From: Candidatus Nealsonbacteria bacterium
GTDB lineage: Bacteria; Patescibacteriota; Minisyncoccia; Minisyncoccales; PWPS01
Direction: 5' to 3'
NCBI GenBank assembly: GCA_003555075.1
Contig: PWHW01000005.1
Location: 1 to 52,998, forward strand
DNA: 52,998 bases
The position numbers and the translations under genes were made by a program. The first letter of the stretch is position 1; the number at the start of each line of letters is the position of its first letter. This document shows positions 8,304-16,758 of this stretch, in pieces. Below the pieces are notes generated by a model. That model worked only from the letters and a program-made list of their open reading frames with translations, did no database searches and was not told the DNA's origin.

Positions 8304-10124
8304 ATGAACAATATAAGAAATTTCTGCATAATTTCCCATATAGATCACGGAAAATCGACTCTTGCCGACAGGTTTCTTGAGATGACCGAGACGGTTTCCG
8401 AGAAAGAGATGCAAGAGCAGTTTTTGGATGATATGGAACTTGAAAGAGAGCGAGGGATAACCATTAAGATGCGTCCTGTTAGAATGGTTTATCGTCGATC
8501 AGAGAACGATAAAAAAGAGAGTTCTGGAGAAGGTTCTAAGGAGTATGTTCTAAACCTGATTGATACTCCGGGTCATGTCGATTTTTCTTATGAGGTTTCC
8601 CGTTCTCTTGCCGCTGTGGAAGGAGCAGTTCTTTTAGTGGATGCTACGAAGGGAATACAAGCCCAAACCTTGGCCAATTTAGAGCTTGCCAGGCAAAGGG
8701 GCGAGAAGTTCAAAATAATTCCCGTTATAAATAAAATAGATCTTCAAAGCGCTGAAGTTGAAAAAACCACCGAAGAAATGGTGCAAACACTGGGAGTTGC
8801 AAGAGAGGAGATAATTAGGGTATCCGGAAAGGAGGGTGTGAATGTGGATCAGGTGCTTGAAGCGATAGTAGATCGCATAGAGCCTCCTTCTATTGATACC
8901 CAATCTCCCTTGAGAGCCCTCGTCTTTGATTCCGAGTACAATCCTTACAAGGGCATCATAGCTCATATAAGGGTTATGGAGGGAGAGGTGAAGAATAAGG
9001 ATAAAATATACCTTTTTGCCTCAAGTGCTACCGGAGAGGCTAAAGAAGTAGGTTTCTTTTCTCCGCGTTGCGTATCTTCCGAGAAGCTTTCTGCTGGCAA
9101 CATAGGATATATTGCTACGGGAATAAAAGAAGTAGGAATGGTCAAATCGGGAGATACTGTAGGAAAGAAAGGAGAAGATGTTGTTCCGCTAAAAGGGTAT
9201 AGGGAACCGAGACCAATGGTGTTTAACAGTTTTTACCCCAGATATCCTCAGGATTATTCTGTTTTTCGAAATGCACTTTACGAGATAAAACTTACCGATC
9301 CTTCGCTCTTCTTTGAGCCGGAGTTCAAGGAAGCTTTTGGGAGAGGGTTTAGGTGTGGTTTCTTGGGGTCTCTTCATTCGGAGATAATCTCGGAGAGAAT
9401 GAGAAGGGAATATGATCTGGATTTCATAATCTCCGCACCTTCTGTTATTTTCAAAATAAAGAAAAAGAGCGGAGAAGAGGTGGAAATAAAATCTGCTTCA
9501 GATTGGCCTGAAGAAAATGAGATTGAGGAGAAAAAAGAGCCCTGGGTAAGGCTTGAAATAATTACTCCTGAAGATCTTTTGGGAAATGTTGCCGAAGTAT
9601 TGGAGCAGATGAGGGGTAGATATATTGATACTCGCTATCTGTCGGCAAAGAGCATATTGATTATTTACGATGCTCCGCTCAGAAAAATGGTAACCAATTT
9701 TCATGATAACCTTAAAAGCGCTACTAAGGGGTTTGCTTCCGCAGGATATAAAATGAAAGGGTTCTTTCCTCAGGACCTTGTGAAGCTTGAAATTTTGGTG
9801 GCCCATCAAGTTGATGAAGCTTTTTCAATAATAGTTTCCAGGGATGAAGCTTATGAGGATGGAAAAAGGATGGTTGCCAAACTAAAAGAGGTGGTGCCAA
9901 GACAACAATTTCCTGTGGCACTTCAAGCCAGTGTTGGAGGAAAAGTGATAGCCCGAGAAACGATAAAGGCCAGTCGCAAGGATGTTACGGGGGATCTTTA
10001 TGGCGGAGATGTAACAAGAAAAAGAAAACTTCTTGAAAAGCAGAAGAAAGGGAAAAAGCGTTTAGAAAAGGAAGGAAAAGTCAACATTCCTCAAGAGGCA
10101 TATTTTAAGGTATTCAAGAAATAG
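8304..10124 (+). CDS. lepA: Elongation factor 4
   Basis: IRNFCIISHIDHGKSTLADR, DTPGHVDF, GFRCGFLG and YGGDVTRKRKLL motifs. Confidence 0.97.
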   Translation: MNNIRNFCIISHIDHGKSTLADRFLEMTETVSEKEMQEQFLDDMELERERGITIKMRPVRMVYRRSENDKKESSGEGSKEYVLNLIDTPGHVDFSYEVSRSLAAVEGAVLLVDATKGIQAQTLANLELARQRGEKFKIIPVINKIDLQSAEVEKTTEEMVQTLGVAREEIIRVSGKEGVNVDQVLEAIVDRIEPPSIDTQSPLRALVFDSEYNPYKGIIAHIRVMEGEVKNKDKIYLFASSATGEAKEVGFFSPRCVSSEKLSAGNIGYIATGIKEVGMVKSGDTVGKKGEDVVPLKGYREPRPMVFNSFYPRYPQDYSVFRNALYEIKLTDPSLFFEPEFKEAFGRGFRCGFLGSLHSEIISERMRREYDLDFIISAPSVIFKIKKKSGEEVEIKSASDWPEENEIEEKKEPWVRLEIITPEDLLGNVAEVLEQMRGRYIDTRYLSAKSILIIYDAPLRKMVTNFHDNLKSATKGFASAGYKMKGFFPQDLVKLEILVAHQVDEAFSIIVSRDEAYEDGKRMVAKLKEVVPRQQFPVALQASVGGKVIARETIKASRKDVTGDLYGGDVTRKRKLLEKQKKGKKRLEKEGKVNIPQEAYFKVFKK

Positions 10125-10165
10125 GAAGTTTGTAAGAGGGAAGAGAACTGGGATATAATTAGATA

Positions 10166-10564
10166 ATGGGAAGAAAAAGAAGGAAAAATGAAAAAAAGAA
10201 AAGCTATTTAATTCTTTTCCTTCTCTGTGTCGCTGCTCTTTTGTTGGCGTTCTTCAATGTTAATTTATGGCAGGAGAGAAAAGAAACGAGCGAAAGGCTT
10301 GTGAATATGAAAAGTGAACTGGAAGAGATGTCGAAGAAGAAGGAGGAGATGGAAGAGCGAACAATGAAGGTAGATGCAGAGGAGGAGATGGAAAGGATAG
10401 CTCGTGAACAGCTTCTTTTGAGAAAAGAAGGCGAAAATGTTATTGTTATTTCTCGAGAAGAGGAGGAGGGAGAAGAAGAAAAGGAGGAAAAGAAAGAGAA
10501 AGAAGAAGAAAAAAGTATGGTCGAAAGCTTTAGAGCACTTCTCCCATGGAATGAAAAGGATTAA
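10166..10564 (+). CDS. Septum formation initiator (FtsB/DivIC-like)
   Basis: TM helix, coiled coil, ERIAREQL.L.KEGE.VI motif. Confidence 0.75.
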   Translation: MGRKRRKNEKKKSYLILFLLCVAALLLAFFNVNLWQERKETSERLVNMKSELEEMSKKKEEMEERTMKVDAEEEMERIAREQLLLRKEGENVIVISREEEEGEEEKEEKKEKEEEKSMVESFRALLPWNEKD

Positions 10565-10636
10565 GCCGGGGTAGCTCAGTGGCAGAGCAATCGCTTCGTA
10601 AGCGATAGGCCAGGGGTTCAAATCCCCTCCTCGGCT
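10565..10636 (+). tRNA. tRNA-Thr(CGT)
   Basis: Cloverleaf GCCGGGG...CCTCGGC; anticodon arm ATCGC-TTCGTAA-GCGAT; GTTCAAA T-loop. Confidence 0.95.
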
Positions 10637-10653
10637 CATTAAAATGAAGAATT

Positions 10654-11740
10654 ATGGAAATAGATAAAGAAATAAAAGAAATTGAAGATAAGATCCTCCA
10701 AATGGAGGAGTGTCTTTGACCTTCAATGCAAAAAAGACAGGATCAACAAGGAGCAGAAAGAACTTGAAGATGCCGATCTCTGGAATGAAAGCCCGGAAAT
10801 TGCTGTAAAAAAGCAAAAGGAGGTTTCTAGGTTAAAAAAGGAAGTGGAGGGATTGGAACATTTAAAAAGCAAACTGAAAGAGATAAAGGATTTTTATTTT
10901 GAAGCACAAGAAGAGGAAGATCTGCTTCCCGAGATAGAAAAAGAGCTTTCGACTTTAAAAGATGCATTAAAAAAAGAGTGGACAAAAGTATTTTTGTCCG
11001 GGAAATTTGACAGAAAGGATGCCGTGGTGGAGATATTTTCCGGGGCTGGAGGGCAGGATGCCGAGGATTTCGCGGCTATGCTTCTTCGTATGTATTGCCG
11101 TTATGCAGAAAGGAGAGACCTGAAGAGTAAGGTAATATCTGCTTCTTATGGAAGTTCTGGGGGGCCCGAAGGAAGAACGGGAATAAAGAGTGCCTCCTTG
11201 GAAGTGAAGGGTGATTACGCTTTTGGACTTTTAAAGAGGGAGCGGGGGACTCATAGGCTCGTGAGGAAATCTCCTTTTTCTTCCTCGGGCACGAGACATA
11301 CTTCATTTGCGCAGGTTGAAGTTTTTCCCATAATAAGTAATACTGACTCCCAGGTAGAAATAAAAGAAGAAGATTTAAGAGTTGATACTTTCCGCTCTTC
11401 CGGTCCGGGGGGGCAGTATGTGAACAGAAGGGAGAGTGCGGTGAGAGTTACTCATATTCCGACGGGATTAGTGGTGGTTTCGCAGAACGAGAGATTGCAG
11501 GGGGAGAATAAAAGAATCGCGATCAATGTTTTAAGGTCGAAACTTCAGCGAATGAAAGAAGAAAAAGAAAAAAAGGAGGCAGAGAAGGCAAAGGAAGATA
11601 CGTTTGGCTCTAGCTGGGGAACTCAGATAAGGAATTATGTTTTGCATCCTTATAAGTTAGCAAAGGATTTACGTACGCAAGTGGAAACGTCCAATGTAGA
11701 AGAAGTGTTGGATGGAAATCTTGACTTGCTAAAAGAATGA
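10654..11740 (+). CDS. prfB: Peptide chain release factor 2 with programmed +1 frameshift
   Basis: ATG 10654 gives MEIDKEIKEIEDKILQMEECL, then CTT-TGA-C at 10714-10720; the +1 frame continues with DLQCK; SPF and GGQ motifs present. Confidence 0.95.
10703..10720 (+). promoter_or_regulatory. prfB +1 frameshift cassette (internal SD + CTTTGAC)
   Basis: TGGAGGAGTGT-CTT-TGA-C matches the canonical RF2 shift site. Confidence 0.92.
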
Positions 11741-12432
11741 TTTTTTTCAATAACATAACAAAAGTATATCCTCCTTATTTGACCAAAAAAGAAAAGGTGG
11801 TTCTGGATAATGTTTCCTTTAAAGTGGAAAAGGGGGAGTTTGTTTCACTTGTGGGAAGTTCCGGAGCGGGAAAAACAACTCTTTTCAATATTTTACTTGG
11901 AGAGGAGGAGCCTACAAGCGGAAGAGTCTTTATTGAGGATACCGATGTTCATAAAGCCTCCCCTGCAGATTCTTGCAGGATAAAGAGAAGGATCGGCACT
12001 ATATTTCAAGATTATAGACTCTTATCTTCCAAGACGGTTTATGAGAATATAGCTTATGCAATGGAAGTTACGGGGGTAAGTGACGAGGAGATCGAGAGAT
12101 ATGTTCCGGAAGTCTTGGATACAGTAGGTCTTTTGGAGCATGCCATGCATTTTCCATACCAGCTTTCGGGAGGAGAGAAACAAAGGACCGCTATCGCCAG
12201 AGCGCTTATCCATGATCCCGATGTCATTTTGGCCGATGAACCTACTGGTGACCTTGATCCCTATAACGCAAAGGAGGTACTGAACTTATTGCTTGATATA
12301 AATAAAGAAGGTACGACAGTCATTCTGGCAACCCACAATAAGGAAGTTATCAATGGTCTCCGTAGAAGAGTGGTTACACTTAAGGACGGAAGAGTGGCAA
12401 GTGATTCCAAGCAAGGAAGGTTCACATTATAA
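11737..12432 (+). CDS. ftsE: Cell division ATP-binding protein FtsE
   Basis: Walker A GSSGAGKTT, FQDYRLL, LSGGEKQR, ADEPTG; adjacent to ftsX. Confidence 0.9.
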   Translation: MIFFNNITKVYPPYLTKKEKVVLDNVSFKVEKGEFVSLVGSSGAGKTTLFNILLGEEEPTSGRVFIEDTDVHKASPADSCRIKRRIGTIFQDYRLLSSKTVYENIAYAMEVTGVSDEEIERYVPEVLDTVGLLEHAMHFPYQLSGGEKQRTAIARALIHDPDVILADEPTGDLDPYNAKEVLNLLLDINKEGTTVILATHNKEVINGLRRRVVTLKDGRVASDSKQGRFTL

Positions 12433-12470
12433 AGCTAAGGATTCTTTTGTTTCCACATTCAAATTAATTT

Positions 12471-13379
12471 ATGAAAGGAGATTTTCTAATATCATTAAAG
12501 AGAGCTGCTCTTCTCGGTTGGAAGAATTTCTACAGGGAAAGTGGTCTTTCCTTTGTAGCGGTTTTTGTATTGATCGTGATGATCATGCTCGTCTCTTCTT
12601 TATTTCTTTTAAGCGGAATAGCTGATGCTCTTATAAGAGATGTGGAAGGTAAGGCCGATGCAACTATTGACTTTGAAATAGGAGTGCCTGAAGAACGAAT
12701 ATTTGAGGTTCAAAAAGAGATAGAGGACAATTTCGAGGTCAATGAAACAGAATATATTTCTCGAGAGCAAGCTAGGGTTTCATTTGTGGAAAGATTTGGC
12801 GATCGCCCGGAAGTAATGGAATCTCTGGAGGAGGTTGGCAATCCTTTTCCTGCCTCAGTAAACATTAGAGCGGACGATCCCTATGTTTATCGCCAGATCT
12901 CTGAATTCGCAGAAGAGGAGCACGGTGATCTTGTTTATAATGTTGATTTTTATAATCGAGAAGAAGTGATAGAGGGAATATTTAGTATCACAGAGAGCAT
13001 GAGAAGAGGCGGTATCATCACGGGAACGGTGCTGGGAATATTGGCTATACTTCTTGTTTATAATACTATAAAGCTTGCAATCTACAGTCTTAGGGAGGAA
13101 ATAAGAGTGATGCGTCTTGTGGGATCCTCTAATTTCTTCATACAAGGTTCTTTCGTTATTCAAGGAGCTATAACGGGAGCTATGGCAGGGGCGATATCTT
13201 TTGTTTTACTATTCTTGCTCTCAGTTTTAGTTCCTCAACCGTTCAATCTTACCATTGAAGTGAGTTTTTACGAGCAATTCCTTCAAATGGCAACTTTCAT
13301 AGCGCTTTTGCAGTTTGGAATGGGAATATTTTTGGGAGTATTCTCTAGCCTGATCGCGACAAGTAAGTATCTGAAATAA
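12471..13379 (+). CDS. ftsX: Cell division permease FtsX
   Basis: TM1, extracellular loop with GNPFPAS, NTIKLAIY..REEI.VMRLVG, C-terminal KYLK. Confidence 0.9.
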   Translation: MKGDFLISLKRAALLGWKNFYRESGLSFVAVFVLIVMIMLVSSLFLLSGIADALIRDVEGKADATIDFEIGVPEERIFEVQKEIEDNFEVNETEYISREQARVSFVERFGDRPEVMESLEEVGNPFPASVNIRADDPYVYRQISEFAEEEHGDLVYNVDFYNREEVIEGIFSITESMRRGGIITGTVLGILAILLVYNTIKLAIYSLREEIRVMRLVGSSNFFIQGSFVIQGAITGAMAGAISFVLLFLLSVLVPQPFNLTIEVSFYEQFLQMATFIALLQFGMGIFLGVFSSLIATSKYLK

Positions 13380-13383
13380 CGAT

Positions 13384-13457
13384 TGCCGGGTAGGTTAATG
13401 GTAGACCTCCGCGCTCTGGACGCGGCAGTCCTGGTTCGAGTCCAGGCCCGGCAGCCA
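13384..13457 (+). tRNA. tRNA-Gln(CTG), CCA encoded
   Basis: TGCCGGG...CCCGGCA-G-CCA; anticodon arm CCGCG-CTCTGGA-CGCGG. Confidence 0.95.
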
Positions 13458-13512
13458 CGCACCAGTCGGTGCATGGCTTCGTAAGAAGACATGGAAAGAC
13501 TGGTAAGTGAGG
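13452..13512 (+). repeat. 61-bp direct repeat, copy 1 (begins in the tRNA-Gln 3' end)
   Basis: CAGCCACGCACCAGTCGGTGCATGGCTTCGTAAGAAGACATGGAAAGACTGGTAAGTGAGG; 60/61 identical to 14601-14661. Confidence 0.95.
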
Positions 13513-13577
13513 GATGTACCGTCTGGTACGTCCCCACTAACGTTATAAAAATTTCTTTTCCTGCATAGGTTTATTTA

Positions 13578-13608
13578 CAAAAAAAGAGGGGATTAACCCC
13601 TCCTTTTA
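13578..13608. terminator. Bidirectional intrinsic terminator
   Basis: A-run GAGGGG-ATTAA-CCCCTC CTTTT. Confidence 0.6.
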
Positions 13609-13658
13609 ATTATTTACTTCTATGATAATATTATGCCATAATAATTACAAGAAAAAAT

Positions 13659-13929
13659 ATGAAATGAAGAAAAACTAAGTTCTGTCGAAAAAGAAAGGAC
13701 CGAGGCCGAAGAAGACACGGCGCTAAAGATAGAAAGATGTGAAGCGGAGGCAGAGCTTTATGCAGATAATAGAGCCAGAGAGGACTATATGAGGGCCTTT
13801 AGAAGAGCAATGGATGAAGGTAAGACCCAATCAGCTCAAATTTACTTAGAAGCTAGTTATGAGCCAGAACGTCCATACGATTGGAACTCCAACTATCAGG
13901 AAGCTTATACCTCTTGCCTTGATAAGTGA
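13659..13929 (+). pseudogene. Frameshifted or 5'-broken orphan ORF (~89 codons)
   Basis: Open frame 13663-13929 (NEEKLSSVEKERTEAEEDTALKIERCE...YQEAYTSCLDK*) has no in-frame start at its 5' end; the ATG at 13659 joins it if one A of ATGAAATGAA is removed. Confidence 0.5.
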
Positions 13930-13959
13930 CATTATTTTTAGATAAGACAATTTCAAGGC

Positions 13960-14475
13960 ATGAAAAAAGAAGAACTAAAAAATTATTTAAGAGAACATAA
14001 CTTAATACTAGAGGGAAGCGTTGATATTATGGAAACAAGCCATAAAGATCATTTTCTTGTATACGGATCGATTAAGAAAGAGATAGAAAGTCACTTCTCA
14101 ATAATATCTTCTTGTAATGCTTATGAGACCATCTATAGTTCAGTGATTATAAAAACAAATGAGAGGAAAAAAAGCGCAAAAAAATTGAAACTTAAAAATA
14201 GTGATATCAAAGAGAGTGTGCAAACTCAAAAAAATATAAATGAAAAACAAGCAGAAAATGTTTTAACTCAAATTAAAGATGGATTATTAGTAATTTGGAG
14301 TTTTTTGAAGTATGGGTTCTTTTTTCCATCTTTAATTGGATTGATTGGCATTCCAGTACTTTTATTAATGGGTGTTATTACTGCCTCTTTGCCTACTGCA
14401 ATAATCATGGTATTTTGTCTCGTTCTTGTACTTGATATGTTTTATTCTATATTTGAAGGAAAACCAATGGATTAA
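13960..14475 (+). CDS. Hypothetical membrane protein (islet cargo)
   Basis: 171-aa ORF with two C-terminal TM helices; AT-rich. Confidence 0.65.
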   Translation: MKKEELKNYLREHNLILEGSVDIMETSHKDHFLVYGSIKKEIESHFSIISSCNAYETIYSSVIIKTNERKKSAKKLKLKNSDIKESVQTQKNINEKQAENVLTQIKDGLLVIWSFLKYGFFFPSLIGLIGIPVLLLMGVITASLPTAIIMVFCLVLVLDMFYSIFEGKPMD

Positions 14476-14600
14476 ATAAAATAGTGTGCAGGTGTTTGGG
14501 GTAACTATATTTTAAGTAAAACCCTTGATTCTTCCAACACATCATCTATATTCTCAATCTCACTTAACCACTTAAAAGTTTGAAAATCGTCCCATCCAGC

Positions 14601-14661
14601 CAGCCACGCACCAGTCGGTGCATGGCTTCGCAAGAAGACATGGAAAGACTGGTAAGTGAGG
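14601..14661 (+). repeat. 61-bp direct repeat, copy 2
   Basis: Identical to 13452-13512 except for C at 14631 versus T at 13482. Confidence 0.95.
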
Positions 14662-14739
14662 AGTGTGTCAATTTATTTCCTTGGCAATAAAAGAAGTTCA
14701 TTTTTAAACTAGCGGGAAGAAATATGTGCTATTTTAAAC

Positions 14740-14767
14740 AAAAAAGGTGCTTTGAAAGCACCTTTTT
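14740..14767. terminator. Intrinsic terminator for acpP (bidirectional)
   Basis: AAAAAGGTGC-TTTGAAA-GCACCTTTTT. Confidence 0.75.
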
Positions 14768-15005
14768 AGGTTTTTTCCTTAATGTACTTTATGAGATCTT
14801 CTACTATCCTCACATTTTCCAATTCTTCATCGGGAATTTCGATCCCGAACCTCTCTTCCATTACCATCACCATTTCCACAACATCCAAGGAGTCAAGCTC
14901 TAAATCATCAACAAAGCTTGCGCCCGGAGTAATTCGCTCTTTTTCTATATCCGACTGGTCAGCAATGATGTTTGCAATTTCTTCCAAAACAGACTCTTTT
15001 TCCAA
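14766..15005 (-). CDS. acpP: Acyl carrier protein
   Basis: ASFVDDLELDSLDVVEMVM.MEE.FGIEIPDEE (phosphopantetheine Ser in DSL); TTG start with AAGGAGG upstream. Confidence 0.9.
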   Translation of the reverse strand: MEKESVLEEIANIIADQSDIEKERITPGASFVDDLELDSLDVVEMVMVMEERFGIEIPDEELENVRIVEDLIKYIKEKT

Positions 15006-15043
15006 AGAACTGTCCCTCCTTTTTATGATTAGTGCATTGAAAG

Positions 15044-15072
15044 TTAGTCTACCACATTCCTTTTTCTTGTAA
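15044..15072 (-). promoter_or_regulatory. sigma70 promoter of acpP
   Basis: Minus strand TTTACA-17 nt-TAGACT with TG extension. Confidence 0.5.
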
Positions 15073-15108
15073 ATTGCAAGGAGAAAGTTTTCCAGTAAGA
15101 GGAAGATT

Positions 15109-15948
15109 CTATTTTACAATATCCGAAGCGTTCACAAACTCAACTCTTTCCCCAAAAGAATGCATTTCCTTTATGAGTACTGATATTGTCTCTGGGTAGC
15201 CATGTCCTATTGCCACCGCACTTCCTTTTTTTTCCGCGATCTTCACCGATTCCTCCAGTCTTGCCTTAATATCTTCTTTTTTACGTGAATTATCCAAAAA
15301 TACATCCCTTTTTGCAGTGGGAATCCCCATTTCTCTGGCAATATCGAAGCCGACCGAAGAGCCTATTGTGAAGCTGTCGACAAAATAAAGATCATTTTTT
15401 TTGATGGATGAAAGCAAGGCTCTTGTTGCATTCTCATCCGAAGTAAATGCCGATCCTTTATGATTATTTACACCGTAAACATTGTTGCCAAGAGCGGAAA
15501 GATGTCTCTCAAACTCTTTTTTTATCTCGCTTGAACTCATGTCGGTCATCAGCATCTCTTCCTCTAGACCGTCTTCTCCTAAGGGTTGTAGTGGTATGTG
15601 CAAAATAATTTCTCTATCCGAGAAGAAGCTCATCGATCGGTGTGTATCTTCCCTAAAAGGAAGGACGGCCAATGTTATTTCCTTTTCTATTTTCTCAATA
15701 TTTCTCTCCGCTTGGAAATTGTTTCCGATATCGTCCAAAATGATCGCCAGCTTAGGCAATTCTCTTTCTTTTTCATTGCTTTTTCCTTTATCTACTTCCT
15801 TTTTTTCATCCTTTTCCATCTCCTCTCTTGTCTCTTCATTAAAATCTATTTCGGAAGGAAGGTTATTATCTTTATCGTTCAGCGCTGCTGTTATAAGGAA
15901 GACAGTAGCGATCGCAAGCATTACGGTAATTGTAATTTTTTTCCACAT
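15109..15948 (-). CDS. Divergent polysaccharide deacetylase family protein (YibQ-like)
   Basis: LAIILDDIG, ILHIPLQP, GVNNHKGS, FVDS.T, RDVFLDN and AIGH motifs; N-terminal anchor. Confidence 0.88.
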   Translation of the reverse strand: MWKKITITVMLAIATVFLITAALNDKDNNLPSEIDFNEETREEMEKDEKKEVDKGKSNEKERELPKLAIILDDIGNNFQAERNIEKIEKEITLAVLPFREDTHRSMSFFSDREIILHIPLQPLGEDGLEEEMLMTDMSSSEIKKEFERHLSALGNNVYGVNNHKGSAFTSDENATRALLSSIKKNDLYFVDSFTIGSSVGFDIAREMGIPTAKRDVFLDNSRKKEDIKARLEESVKIAEKKGSAVAIGHGYPETISVLIKEMHSFGERVEFVNASDIVK

Positions 15949-16074
15949 ATTTTCACTATATTACAATAAAAGACTTTTTGTGCAAAGTTAAGCCCTTGTT
16001 TTGAAAAAAACAATATTGTATAGTATTGCAAGCACTTTTGAAAATTTAATACCAAAAAGAAAGGAGGGTCATCA

Positions 16075-16527
16075 ATGAAGATCTATAACTTTTTTGTGGT
16101 TCTCTTTTTGGTCTCAGTGGCCTTTGTTGCGACAATGCAAATAGAAGGGTCCTCTGAATGGTATTTCGTACTTTTGTACATTTTTTTAGTACTTTTTATT
16201 CATGAGATTGGCCATGCAATATCGATCATCCTCACTCGTGCGGGAAAAATAATGCGTTTAGTGGTGAACAGAAAGGGTGTGGGCATTCAATGGTATTGCA
16301 AGGATTGGAATCCCATTAAATTGGCCATTATTTCCTTATCGGGACCTTTTGCGAATATTGCTGCAGGACTGCTATTATATATTTCCGGAGAAAAGTTTCT
16401 TGCATTGAATTCAGCTTTTTTCGGTAGCTTTTGCTTACTTTATCATTCTCCTGCAGGGGATGGTTATCGGTCGTTCCAGCATTTAAAAAAATATTTCAAG
16501 GAAACAGAAAAAGGGTCCGTGTCTTGA
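16075..16527 (+). CDS. Small M50 (site-2) family metallopeptidase
   Basis: HEIGH within a TM context, SLSGPFAN and P..DG motifs; AAGGAGG upstream. Confidence 0.75.
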   Translation: MKIYNFFVVLFLVSVAFVATMQIEGSSEWYFVLLYIFLVLFIHEIGHAISIILTRAGKIMRLVVNRKGVGIQWYCKDWNPIKLAIISLSGPFANIAAGLLLYISGEKFLALNSAFFGSFCLLYHSPAGDGYRSFQHLKKYFKETEKGSVS

Positions 16528-16549
16528 TCCTGGTAAATCGAGACCAAAG

Positions 16550-16592
16550 AAGAGGGAAGGGTAGGCGAACAACCGTCTACCCACTCTTTTTT
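16550..16592 (+). terminator. Intrinsic terminator
   Basis: GGGTAGGCG-AACAAC-CGTCTACCC followed by a T-run. Confidence 0.7.
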
Positions 16593-16758
16593 GAATAGAC
16601 ATTTTATATTTTATATCGCATTTATTTTTGCTTTTGAGCAATCACGAGGAGGATATTGTTTTCTTATGAGTGATTGACAAAAATTGATTTTTATCATATA
16701 AAGCGTGGGTCTTGTTCTTTGCGGGCAAGATAATTACAAAAGAGGAGGAGATATCAAG

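Larger units (their letters stand above)
13452..14661. mobile_element. Putative non-autonomous integrative islet at tRNA-Gln
   Basis: Bounded by 61-bp direct repeats starting at the tRNA 3' end; AT-rich interior with orphan ORFs; no integrase inside. Confidence 0.55.

Noticed and set aside
13283-13537. 84-aa minus-strand ORF
   Set aside because: Antisense to the ftsX end and tRNA-Gln; no coding features
13452-14661. CRISPR array or integron attC interpretation of the 61-bp repeats
   Set aside because: Only two copies 1149 bp apart, no RYYYAAC/GTTRRRY box pair framing the hairpin, and no intI
16638-16676. Imperfect hairpin CAATCAC...GTGATTG containing GAGGAGG
   Set aside because: Followed only by a tiny ORF and overlaps the next -35; insufficient support for a riboswitch or sRNA
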